DNA of 38,095 bases, from IMG/VR virus record IMGVR_UViG_2526164613_000026; one strand, written 5' to 3'. The notes under the pieces were generated by a model. It ran no database searches, was not told the origin of the DNA, and worked only from the letters and a program-made list of their open reading frames with translations. Positions 27,763 through 36,226 of the stretch are shown piece after piece; within the stretch, counting starts at the first letter, position 1; every line of letters begins with the position of its first letter. A program made the position numbers and the translations under genes. The DNA is from a virus (Duplodnaviria > Heunggongvirae > Uroviricota > Caudoviricetes).

Positions 27763-29064
27763 ATGCCAGACGTTCATGCACAACTTTCTCCATCATCAGC
27801 GCATCGATGGATGCGCTGCCCAGGAAGTCTGGCGCTGGAGGCCACACAACCGGATAAAGAAACAACTTTTGCAATCGAGGGCACTGCAGCGCACGCGCTT
27901 GCTGAAAAAGTTCTACGAAACAGGCAAAGCCACCCGGAACACTACGCCGGATGCAATGTTTCTATGTTTCTCGGCTCATACCCCCTTCGCGAAAATCCTG
28001 ATAATACATCTGGCCCACAGGTGGATGATGAAATGGTCGAAGCCGTTGGCCGGTATGTTGATACGGTCTGGACTCTTGCACAGAATAATGAACTATTGGT
28101 TGAACAACGTGTTGATTTCTCACATATAACGGGGGTGGAAGAATCTTTCGGAACTGCCGACGGCATAATCATCGCTGGTAACGAATTACAAATCCACGAC
28201 CTGAAATATGGCAAAGGCGTCCGCATTGATGCAGAACAAAATGAGCAACTACAACTGTATGCTCTGGGTGCGCTCGAACAATTCAGCATGCTGTATGACT
28301 TTGAGACTGTAAGATTATTTATTCACCAGCCAAGGCTCAACCACGTTTCAGAATGGTCGTTAACCGTACAGGAACTTCAGTCTTTCGGTGAACGGGCACA
28401 GGAGGCCGCAACCAGTGCGATCCTTGTTCTCAATATTGCTGAATGCGAAGGCATTGAGACACTACCGCTGGAAAACTTCATACCTGGAGAAAAACAGTGC
28501 CGCTTCTGTAAAGCAAAAGCTATTTGCACTGCCCAGAAAATGCAGCATTTACAAACAGCGGCCAGCGATTTTGAAGATCTGACAAAGCCTGTCAGCGAAA
28601 TAATCACCAATGCCAGCGCACGTGTACCTCTGTTAACCATTGAGCAGCTTGCGGAGATCTATAGCCAGGCCGACTTTATTGAATCCTGGCTAAAGGCAGT
28701 ACGAGACCGGGTTCACAATGAACTCAATGCCGGACATCCGGTACCGGGGTTTAAACTGGTAACAGGAAAACAAGGTAACCGGGCCTGGAGTGATGAAGAG
28801 GCAGCACGCGCACTTCTGAAGGACCAGTTCAGGTACAAAACTGAAGAAGTATTCGACTTTAAACTTATTAGCCCCACAAAAGCCGAAAAACTTATCAAAA
28901 AGGCCAGTCCGCGCCGTTGGTCAAAAGTCGAGGCACTGATAACACGAGCTGATGGTAAACCCACCGTCGTTCCCGAGTCAGACCCACGCCCCGCACTCAA
29001 TATCAACCCTATAAATGATTTCGACGACGTATCCGACGATACGCTAACCGCAGACCTCATCTGA
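27763..29064 (+). CDS. PD-(D/E)XK (Cas4/RecB-like) nuclease, DUF2800-type
   Basis: 433 aa. N-terminal [15 protein letters not shown] and C-terminal Cys cluster [10 protein letters not shown] as recalled for this family, which co-occurs with family-A polymerases in phage replication modules. Confidence 0.7.
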   Translation: MPDVHAQLSPSSAHRWMRCPGSLALEATQPDKETTFAIEGTAAHALAEKVLRNRQSHPEHYAGCNVSMFLGSYPLRENPDNTSGPQVDDEMVEAVGRYVDTVWTLAQNNELLVEQRVDFSHITGVEESFGTADGIIIAGNELQIHDLKYGKGVRIDAEQNEQLQLYALGALEQFSMLYDFETVRLFIHQPRLNHVSEWSLTVQELQSFGERAQEAATSAILVLNIAECEGIETLPLENFIPGEKQCRFCKAKAICTAQKMQHLQTAASDFEDLTKPVSEIITNASARVPLLTIEQLAEIYSQADFIESWLKAVRDRVHNELNAGHPVPGFKLVTGKQGNRAWSDEEAARALLKDQFRYKTEEVFDFKLISPTKAEKLIKKASPRRWSKVEALITRADGKPTVVPESDPRPALNINPINDFDDVSDDTLTADLI

Positions 29065-29079
29065 TTTAAGGAAATCCCC

Positions 29080-29628
29080 ATGAAACTGAAGCTGAACAAT
29101 GTTCGTCTGGCCTTCCCGTCTCTGTTTGAAGCTAAAACTGTAAACGGCGAAGGCGATCCACGTTTCTCCGCAGTATTTTTAATGTCACCCAAACACCCAC
29201 AACTGGAAGAAATCCGTAAAGCTATGAAGCAGGTAGCGAAGGAAAAATGGGGAGAGAAGTGGGAGCCCATTTATAACCAGCTGGAGAAAAAACTCAATCT
29301 GTGCCTGCATGATGGTGATGAAAAAGCAGAGTATGAAGGCTTTCCCAGTAATTTCTTCCTGAATGCTGCTAACAAAGCGCGCCCAGCTGTTCTTGATCGC
29401 GATCGTTCGCCACTTATTCAGGCTGACGGACGTCCCTATGCAGGGTGCTATGTAAACGCCGTTATCGATATCTGGGCACAGGACAATAATTTCGGTAAAC
29501 GCATTAATGCCTCACTCGGCGGAGTCCAGTTCCTGCGAGACGGCGATGCATTCGCTGGCGGCGGAGTGGCAAGCGCTGACGATTTCGACGATATCAGCGA
29601 AGGTGCTGATGCTGAAGCACTAATTTAA
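29080..29628 (+). CDS. DUF2815-type protein (SSB-like, replication module)
   Basis: 182 aa, ATG with AAGGAA upstream. N-terminal MKLKLNNVRLAFPSLFE pattern. Conserved partner of the DUF2800 nuclease and PolA. Confidence 0.65.
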   Translation: MKLKLNNVRLAFPSLFEAKTVNGEGDPRFSAVFLMSPKHPQLEEIRKAMKQVAKEKWGEKWEPIYNQLEKKLNLCLHDGDEKAEYEGFPSNFFLNAANKARPAVLDRDRSPLIQADGRPYAGCYVNAVIDIWAQDNNFGKRINASLGGVQFLRDGDAFAGGGVASADDFDDISEGADAEALI

Positions 29629-29643
29629 CCCTACTTCATAGAC

Positions 29644-29662
29644 GCCCGGTTAAACACCGGGC
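29644..29662. terminator. Perfect hairpin between convergent genes (possible bidirectional terminator)
   Basis: GCCCGGT-TAAAC-ACCGGGC, 7-bp stem, no strong U-tract on either strand. Confidence 0.4.
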
Positions 29663-29680
29663 TACTGATTAGGCGTATAA

Positions 29681-30061
29681 TCACTCAGGAATCTTAATCT
29701 TTCTCAATTCTTTATTTAGTTCACAGATCTTTTTCTTAGACGGGAAAGTATCATACATCCAAAAACCAACAGTCTCTAAAACTATTATCATAACCATATA
29801 CACAAGATAATTTAAAAGGCCTTCATTTTGCCCTATGGAAATAATGCAGATAATAGAAAAAAGGGTAAACAGCACAAAACACAGAAAGGAAAACAGACGA
29901 CTAATAATAAATAAAAAACCTGAAAAATCAACATTAATAAAAAACACTCCGTTATCTTTCTCTATATAATTCTGAAGCTTAATCAACTGATTTATATACT
30001 GTCTTTTTTCTAATCTATTGCAAATGTAAATAACATCTCTTCGGTTATAAGAGGATTGCAA
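29681..30061 (-). CDS. Accessory membrane protein ORF, 126 aa from TTG (or C-terminal part of a longer gene interrupted by TAG)
   Basis: AT-rich, antisense to replication module. Two long hydrophobic segments. Starts at TTG without a Shine-Dalgarno. In frame with the ORF upstream across a single TAG. Confidence 0.45.
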   Translation of the reverse strand: MQSSYNRRDVIYICNRLEKRQYINQLIKLQNYIEKDNGVFFINVDFSGFLFIISRLFSFLCFVLFTLFSIICIISIGQNEGLLNYLVYMVMIIVLETVGFWMYDTFPSKKKICELNKELRKIKIPE

Positions 30062-30121
30062 TTTCAGCGCATCACGAATAATTTTATCATTTATTCTTTT
30101 TTCTATGGCTTTCTTATCCTC

Positions 30122-30310
30122 CTAATCCAGATAACGTTCATACTTAATTAAATATAAAATTAACTTCTTGACATATTTAGGCTCTTTATACTTATAATTA
30201 AAAATGATCTTTCTTATCCAGACTCCCATAACAATCAAACATGAAAAAATATATCCAGCTATTTTCTCCAGATGCTCTGTATGGTCAATCAAGTATTGGA
30301 TCATATGCAT
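30122..30310 (-). CDS. Small accessory membrane protein, 62 aa (or N-terminal part of interrupted gene)
   Basis: ATG at 30310, one hydrophobic segment (IAGYIFSCLIVMGVWI). Stop TAG at 30122..30124, followed in frame by 20 sense codons and then the 126-aa ORF. Confidence 0.4.
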   Translation of the reverse strand: MHMIQYLIDHTEHLEKIAGYIFSCLIVMGVWIRKIIFNYKYKEPKYVKKLILYLIKYERYLD

Positions 30311-30356
30311 AATTAATCTTTTAATCAGTTAATAGAATAAAAACCAAGGTAAACAC

Positions 30357-32420
30357 ATGTCCAATATACTATGGGGCGACCTGGAAACCTATTGCGAAAT
30401 CCCTATTACGAACGGTACCCATGCGTATGCCGAAGGCGTTGAAGTGATGCTTTTCGCATGGGCTATCAACGACGGGCCAGTAAACGTGTGGGATATCACT
30501 GCCGGTGGTGGTATTCCACACGGCTTATACGAAGCAATCGCAGCCCCTGAAACCCTGCTTTATTTCCATAACTCTCACTTCGACCGCACCGTTCTGCGTT
30601 ATGCAATGCCGCGACTGGCACCGCCAGTCGAACGTTGGCGCGACACGATGGTGCAGGCGCTGGCGCACGGTCTCCCGGGGTCTCTGGGGGAACTCTGCGA
30701 AATACTAGGCGTCCCGCAAGACAAAGCGAAGAACAAAGAAGGTAAAGCGCTGATCCAGCTGTTCTGTAAGCCACGCCCGAAAAACAGCAAACTGCGCCGT
30801 GCCACCAGCAAAACCCACCCGGAAGAATGGCGGCGCTTTGTTGCTTACGCCGGACTGGATATCGAGGCAATGCGCGAAGTCTATAAACGTCTGCCGAAGT
30901 GGAATTATCAGGGGACAGAGCTGGCGCTCTGGCATCGTGATCAGCAGATCAACGACCGGGGCGTCTGCATGGACATGCAACTCGCGCGCGCTGCGATCGA
31001 AGCGGTAGACCAGGAGCAAAAGCGCCTAGCAAAGCGTACACAGGAAATGACTGATGGCGAAGTGCAGGCAGCCACACAACGAGACGCGTTGATTAAGCAC
31101 ATTGTTGAATCCTACGGTGTGGAGCTACCAGACATGCAACGCAGTACTCTGGAACGTCGTATTGCCGACCCCCATTTACCATCTGCCGTGAAAGAACTGC
31201 TGGCTATCCGCCTGCAAGCCAGTACTACCAGCACCAGTAAATACAAGGCACTGATGAAAGGCGTAAGCCACGACGGGCGCTTACGCGGTACGCTACAGTT
31301 CTGCGGGGCGTCACGTACCGGTCGTTGGGCCGGACGGCTATTCCAGCCCCAGAACCTTCCCCGCCCTTCACTAAAACAGGAACAAATAGACGAAGGCATC
31401 GAAGCACTGAAAGCCGGATGTGCAGACCTGCTGTTTGACAATATCATGGAACTAACCAGTTCAGCGTTACGTGGCTGCATTATCGCGCCAACAGGCAAAA
31501 AACTGGTGGTAAGTGACTTGTCGAATATTGAAGGCCGTATGCTGGCATGGCTGGCGGGAGAAGAATGGAAACTGAATGCATTCAGAGAGTACGACGCCGG
31601 AACGGGTCCAGACTTATATAAACTGGCGTATGCAAAAGCTTTCGATATTGCACCAGATGATGTTGATAAACACATGCGTCAGATCGGTAAAGTCATGGAA
31701 CTCGGTCTGGGTTATGGAGGTGGTGTATCGGCTTTCATCACTTTTGCTCTGGTTTACGGTCTAGATCTCGACGAGCTGGCGAACGCCGCACTGCCAAACA
31801 TTCCCCGCGATGTTATCCGCGAGGCGAAAAGCTGGTACAACGAATCGGTTAAACATAAGTCGACCTTTGGCCTGTCCGAGCGTGTATTCATCGCATGTGA
31901 CTCGCTCAAGCGCCTGTGGCGCAGGGCGCACCCGGCGACCTGCGATTTCTGGTACGAGCTGGAGCGCACTGTCCGCACAGCAATCGCCACACCGCAAAAA
32001 ACATTGTATTGCGGCTATCTTAAAATCCGACGTGATGGCGCGTGGCTGCGCATACAGCTGCCATCTGGACGCGCTGTATGCTACCCGTCTCCGATTATCG
32101 AAAAAGGGAATATCACCTATATGGGTGTTAACTCTTATTCGCGTAAATGGCAACGACTCAAAACCTACGGCGGAAAGCTGGTAGAGAACGTCACCCAGGC
32201 GGCCGCCCGCGACGTTCTGGCCGGAAACATGCCGCTTATCGAAGATGCCGGTTACAGCATTGTGCTGACGGTACACGACGAGGTGATCACCGAAGCACCT
32301 AACACAGAAGATTTCAACGATAAAGCGCTTTCCGCGCTTCTCTCCACTAACCCCGAATGGGCGCCCGATATCCCACTGAACGCTGGCGGTTTTGAAGCGT
32401 ACCACTACCGTAAGGACTGA
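30357..32420 (+). CDS. DNA polymerase I family (family A) with N-terminal 3'-5' exonuclease-like domain
   Basis: 687 aa, ATG with AAGG upstream. Polymerase motifs seen directly: [15 protein letters not shown] (motif A-like), [16 protein letters not shown] (motif B-like), LTVHDEVI (motif C). Confidence 0.9.
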   Translation: MSNILWGDLETYCEIPITNGTHAYAEGVEVMLFAWAINDGPVNVWDITAGGGIPHGLYEAIAAPETLLYFHNSHFDRTVLRYAMPRLAPPVERWRDTMVQALAHGLPGSLGELCEILGVPQDKAKNKEGKALIQLFCKPRPKNSKLRRATSKTHPEEWRRFVAYAGLDIEAMREVYKRLPKWNYQGTELALWHRDQQINDRGVCMDMQLARAAIEAVDQEQKRLAKRTQEMTDGEVQAATQRDALIKHIVESYGVELPDMQRSTLERRIADPHLPSAVKELLAIRLQASTTSTSKYKALMKGVSHDGRLRGTLQFCGASRTGRWAGRLFQPQNLPRPSLKQEQIDEGIEALKAGCADLLFDNIMELTSSALRGCIIAPTGKKLVVSDLSNIEGRMLAWLAGEEWKLNAFREYDAGTGPDLYKLAYAKAFDIAPDDVDKHMRQIGKVMELGLGYGGGVSAFITFALVYGLDLDELANAALPNIPRDVIREAKSWYNESVKHKSTFGLSERVFIACDSLKRLWRRAHPATCDFWYELERTVRTAIATPQKTLYCGYLKIRRDGAWLRIQLPSGRAVCYPSPIIEKGNITYMGVNSYSRKWQRLKTYGGKLVENVTQAAARDVLAGNMPLIEDAGYSIVLTVHDEVITEAPNTEDFNDKALSALLSTNPEWAPDIPLNAGGFEAYHYRKD

Positions 32421-32505
32421 TCCCAGCTCACAAATCAGATACATGACATCATTGAAGATATATGTATCATATAGCTATCCTTAACAGATTGTTTTTGGTG
32501 CTTTA

Positions 32506-33015
32506 ATGGAAAATACAGATGTCTGGCTATCAAGGATAGGTACTTTTGTTACCATAATTGGTGCTATGTGTTCACTATGGGGGTGGAAAAAGTCGCGGGA
32601 TGCCGCCACAGAAGCTCAAAAGGCTTTAGCTACGGTCAATTATCAACGTAGTATAAGGGACGCAGGCAACCTTCATGGAAAGTTATCAACCGCCATAAAA
32701 TCTCTAAGAGCAATTGGTCCTGGTTCGAATGAGGAAAATGTTCGAGGCATAAGTTTAGAACCAATAATTTCGGAAATAGAGGATTTCATCGATTTATTTG
32801 CAGCCCAAGCAATAAAACCTAACAATAAAGTAAAATTGAGCATAGACTCAGAAAATTTTTGTGCTGAAATAAGGGAAAATATTTCTGAACTTTCAGATGC
32901 AAAAACTCCTGCGGAAAAGTTAAGAACAGGTAGAGTTTTGCATGCAAAAATATTGGCTATTCAACCTCACATAGATCTACTCGTTGATGATTTAACGTTT
33001 AACACTCAAGGATAA
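32506..33015 (+). CDS. Accessory membrane-anchored protein, 169 aa, unknown function
   Basis: AT-rich. N-terminal hydrophobic anchor (IGTFVTIIGAMCSLWGW). Upstream inverted repeat GATACAT-N17-ATGTATC at 32438..32468. Confidence 0.5.
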   Translation: MENTDVWLSRIGTFVTIIGAMCSLWGWKKSRDAATEAQKALATVNYQRSIRDAGNLHGKLSTAIKSLRAIGPGSNEENVRGISLEPIISEIEDFIDLFAAQAIKPNNKVKLSIDSENFCAEIRENISELSDAKTPAEKLRTGRVLHAKILAIQPHIDLLVDDLTFNTQG

Positions 33016-33020
33016 AAAAC

Positions 33021-33571
33021 ATGCAACTTTCAGATGGCGAAAAACTAATTCTAATGATGCTGTGTGACCTGTACGATAAAAACGAGATTGAAGGCGAAAT
33101 CGATCACACATTTGTCCGTGATGCTATATTCGAAAACCAAACATGGGCACTCCCTTGGAAATTTAGTGGTATTCCATTTAAAAACACCGAAACTCCACGT
33201 GTTGTAAAAAAAGTTCTAGACATCCTAGATATGTGGAGAGTTATTGAATATAGCTACAGTGAACTTACAGAAGAAGAAAAAAGAAGTTAAAAGAAAATGT
33301 TGAGTTATTTGGAAAAAAACCAATATTCAAAGGATTCGATGGAAATAACGAAACTGAGTATCTTGCAGCCGCTGATTTCGTCATCAATAAACTGGATAGA
33401 TTTGAAGAATTCAAATTAAGAGATCTTAATTCTCACATGCCTTCGCTGGCATCATACGAACGCATGATGCATGTATTCAATCCATTATTTCATGAGAATT
33501 TTGGCGAGCCATTGACACTAGAACAACTAACCTTAGTTCTCCGTGAAAAAATTCATCCCAGCCGTCGCTAA
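33021..33571 (+). pseudogene. YfbU-family (UPF0304) protein gene interrupted by a 1-nt frameshift in an A6 run
   Basis: Frame 0 (89 aa, ATG 33021, AGGA upstream) stops at TAA 33288..33290. The -1 frame is open from 33263 to TAA 33569..33571 with no start before codon 47 of the continuation. Both halves align with E. coli YfbU as recalled. Adding one A to the run at 33277..33282 would give a single ~183-aa ORF. Confidence 0.5.
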
Positions 33572-33580
33572 AGATTCCCA

Positions 33581-33600
33581 GCCCTCAAACTAGAGGGCTA
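33581..33600 (+). other. Perfect hairpin at 3' boundary of the accessory cassette
   Basis: AGCCCTC-AAACTA-GAGGGCT, 7-bp stem, immediately before the VRR-NUC ribosome-binding site. Confidence 0.35.
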
Positions 33601-33613
33601 AAGGAAACCTCAT

Positions 33614-33883
33614 ATGATATATGAACGTGAAAACCTAATCGAGAAGCATCTCGTCGCCGAAGTGAAAAAGGCTGGTGGGGTCGCCTTTAAGTTCATATCA
33701 CCTAGTCGCCGCTCGGTACCAGATCGCATTGTTCTGCTACCCGGCGGCCGTCTCGTTTTCGTTGAATGTAAATCTCCCGGCAAGCCACCACGGCCTGACC
33801 AGTTGCGCGAGCATGAACGTCTGCGAAAGCTGGGCTTTACCGTGGTAGTACTGGATAGCAAAAATTTAGAGGGGATATTGTGA
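33614..33883 (+). CDS. VRR-NUC domain nuclease
   Basis: 89 aa, ATG with AAGGAAA upstream. PD-(D/E)XK-type D...E.K core (PDRIVLLPGGRLVFVECKSPG). Confidence 0.7.
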   Translation: MIYERENLIEKHLVAEVKKAGGVAFKFISPSRRSVPDRIVLLPGGRLVFVECKSPGKPPRPDQLREHERLRKLGFTVVVLDSKNLEGIL

Positions 33884-33888
33884 GACAA

Positions 33889-34599
33889 TCATTCTGAGCG
33901 ACTTTTCTTGAGCTTAGAAGCTTTTAAAAAACATACTTTTAGTTGTTGTGTTTCTTTTATGCTTACAGGAATTAATTTCCCCTCAATTCCTTCGACACTC
34001 ATAAATTCAGAGCTATTTTTTTTACAGTTCCCCAAGACAAATTTTCCGTTATAGCTTTCGATAATATAAGCATTATATTTTTTAGAATAAAAAAGGGGCT
34101 CATCTGATAAGTATGCCCATGCCCACCCAAGGACTGAAGGAAGCATTGCTATGGATATAAAAAGCATAACCCCATGAGTTTTGTTTTTTATTCTAAATTC
34201 ATTCCTAATAAAAACAGATACTGCCCTGACACTGATAGGGCTAATAAATCCCAATAGTATTGCTTGGGTAGCCACATCCCTTATGGATTTTTCATAAAGG
34301 TATGAGCTACCGCCATATAAATACATTGTCCAGTATGAAAGCAAAGAGGCCAAAATGAAGAAAAATAAATACACCCACCATGGAATATTCTTCTCTTCAG
34401 TATCAATATGCAGCAAAGCGACTAAGGTGCACAAAAGTCCTAATGCAATAACAGAAAATTTAACTATTTCCTCAATCCCAATAGAAATAAAACTTACAGG
34501 GAATCCATAAAATGAGCTGTACCCTTTGTAAAAAGAAAAAGCCATAAAATAAAGGGCGGCCAAGAGAACCGTTGTAATTGATAAATCTTTTACATTCAT
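33889..34599 (-). CDS. Accessory polytopic membrane protein, 236 aa, unknown function
   Basis: ORF track starts at GTG 34614; ATG at 34599 (MNVKDL). About five hydrophobic helices then a soluble Lys-rich C-terminal domain. AT-rich, antisense, convergent with VRR-NUC (5-nt gap) and divergent from the SNF2 gene (38-nt gap). Confidence 0.55.
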   Translation of the reverse strand: MNVKDLSITTVLLAALYFMAFSFYKGYSSFYGFPVSFISIGIEEIVKFSVIALGLLCTLVALLHIDTEEKNIPWWVYLFFFILASLLSYWTMYLYGGSSYLYEKSIRDVATQAILLGFISPISVRAVSVFIRNEFRIKNKTHGVMLFISIAMLPSVLGWAWAYLSDEPLFYSKKYNAYIIESYNGKFVLGNCKKNSSEFMSVEGIEGKLIPVSIKETQQLKVCFLKASKLKKSRSE

Positions 34600-34637
34600 G
34601 ATGTTCAAGAGCACCTTTCTAATCAGGGATTTTCTTC

Positions 34638-36029
34638 ATGATAACTTTTAAACCACGTCCCTACCAAGATCTCATCATCAATCATCAAATCGAGACCCTG
34701 CGCGGCAACATCTGGGCAGGGATGGGGATGGGTAAAACCGTAGCGACACTCACCACGCTGGAAGATCTTTTCATGGCTGGAGCAGAAACACGCCCCGCGC
34801 TGGTCCTCGCGCCGCTACGCGTTGCAGCAAGCACTTGGCCTGATGAAGCTGTTAAATGGGGGCATCTGCGTAATATTGAGGTACAGCCGATCATCGGTAA
34901 CGCCAAAGCGCGCTCTACAGCGCTGGCGAACAGCAACGCGAGCGTGTTCACAATCAACTACGATAACCTTGTCTGGCTGGTTGAAGAATTGGGAGAACGA
35001 TGGCCGTTCGGTACTGTCATTCCAGATGAAAGCACCCGGCTAAAATCCTTCCGGCTGCGAGGTGGTGGTAAGCGCGCGGCGGCGCTGGGCAAAGTGGCGC
35101 ACAAGTATGTCCGGCGCTGGATAAATCTCACCGGTACGCCAGCACCGAACGGCCTGGTAGATTTGTGGGGACAATCGTGGTTTGTGGACCAGGGGCAACG
35201 TCTCGGGCGCACTTACGGTGCGTTTACCTCACGCTGGTTCAAATCGATACAGTTTCCGGGGCAGAGCTGGACCAAACTGGAGCCTTTTGCTCACTCACAG
35301 GGTGAAATACAGCGAGCGTTAGCCGATGTGACCCTCTCGCTGGATGCAGCCGACTGGTTCGATATCAAAGACCCCATCCATAACGTAATCCGCGTGGATA
35401 TGCCGCCGAAGGCCCGTCAGCAGTATCGTGAAATGGAAAAGGAAATGTTCCTCGAGCTGAATGGCGAAGGCATCGAAGCACCGAACGCCGCGGCAAAGAC
35501 ACTGAAGTGTCTGCAAATCGCCAGCGGCGCAGTATACACAGATGACACCGGAAGTTGGTCAGAACTGCATGACACCAAACTACAGGCGCTGGACAGCATA
35601 CTGACCGAAGCAGCTGGCGCACCTGTGCTGGTTGCTTATCACTGGAAACACGATCTTGAACGCTTGCTTAAAGCATTTCCTCGCGGTCGTCACCTCGACC
35701 AGGATCCACAGACACTACGTGACTGGAATTCCGGAAAGATTCCTGTTCTCTTTGCACACCCAGCCAGCGCGGGCCACGGTCTGAACATGCAGGACGGCGG
35801 AAACATACTGGTATTTTTCTCACATTGGTGGGACCTGGAGCAGTATCAGCAAATTATTGAACGTATCGGCCCAACCAGACAGATACAGGCCGGACACAAT
35901 CGTCCGGTATTTATTCACCACATTATTGCTGCCGACACTATGGACGAAATGGTGATGGAGCGGCGCAACTCAAAACGAACAGTGCAGGACATCCTGCTCG
36001 ATGCCATGAAAAAGAGAGGTATAGCATGA
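34638..36029 (+). CDS. SNF2/DEAD-like helicase
   Basis: 463 aa. Walker A GMGMGKT, DEAD-like box IPDESTRL, C-terminal helicase domain. Confidence 0.85.
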   Translation: MITFKPRPYQDLIINHQIETLRGNIWAGMGMGKTVATLTTLEDLFMAGAETRPALVLAPLRVAASTWPDEAVKWGHLRNIEVQPIIGNAKARSTALANSNASVFTINYDNLVWLVEELGERWPFGTVIPDESTRLKSFRLRGGGKRAAALGKVAHKYVRRWINLTGTPAPNGLVDLWGQSWFVDQGQRLGRTYGAFTSRWFKSIQFPGQSWTKLEPFAHSQGEIQRALADVTLSLDAADWFDIKDPIHNVIRVDMPPKARQQYREMEKEMFLELNGEGIEAPNAAAKTLKCLQIASGAVYTDDTGSWSELHDTKLQALDSILTEAAGAPVLVAYHWKHDLERLLKAFPRGRHLDQDPQTLRDWNSGKIPVLFAHPASAGHGLNMQDGGNILVFFSHWWDLEQYQQIIERIGPTRQIQAGHNRPVFIHHIIAADTMDEMVMERRNSKRTVQDILLDAMKKRGIA

Positions 36030-36226
36030 GCGAGAAACCCGACGATTTACTCACCCCGGATGAAGTATGCCAAAAGTTAGGTATTACACAGAAAACGCTA
36101 TGTGAGTGGAATATTAAGCATCGTCATCGGGCTATCCTGGCACCAATTCGTTTCAGTGCAAAAGTAGTTCGTTATGAGCGCCGAAATGTCGACGCTTTTA
36201 TTCAAAAATGTCGCAGCCAGTATTAA
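36026..36226 (+). CDS. AlpA/Xis-like excisionase or small HTH regulator
   Basis: 66 aa, ATG overlaps helicase stop. Pattern LLTPDEVCQKLGITQKTLCEW is typical of AlpA-family HTH proteins. Converges on the integrase gene. Confidence 0.65.
   Translation: MSEKPDDLLTPDEVCQKLGITQKTLCEWNIKHRHRAILAPIRFSAKVVRYERRNVDAFIQKCRSQY

Noticed and set aside
31112-32444. Minus-strand ORFs of 187 and 227 aa inside the DNA polymerase gene
   Set aside because: Antisense to a gene with clear polymerase motifs. Ser/Arg-rich shadow translations.
33021-33571. In-frame stop codon (readthrough) explanation for the split YfbU-like gene
   Set aside because: Coordinate check shows the downstream part is in the -1 frame, not the same frame. 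The lesion is a 1-nt frameshift in the A6 run. Frame 0 after the TAA encodes only an unrelated 40-aa ORF.
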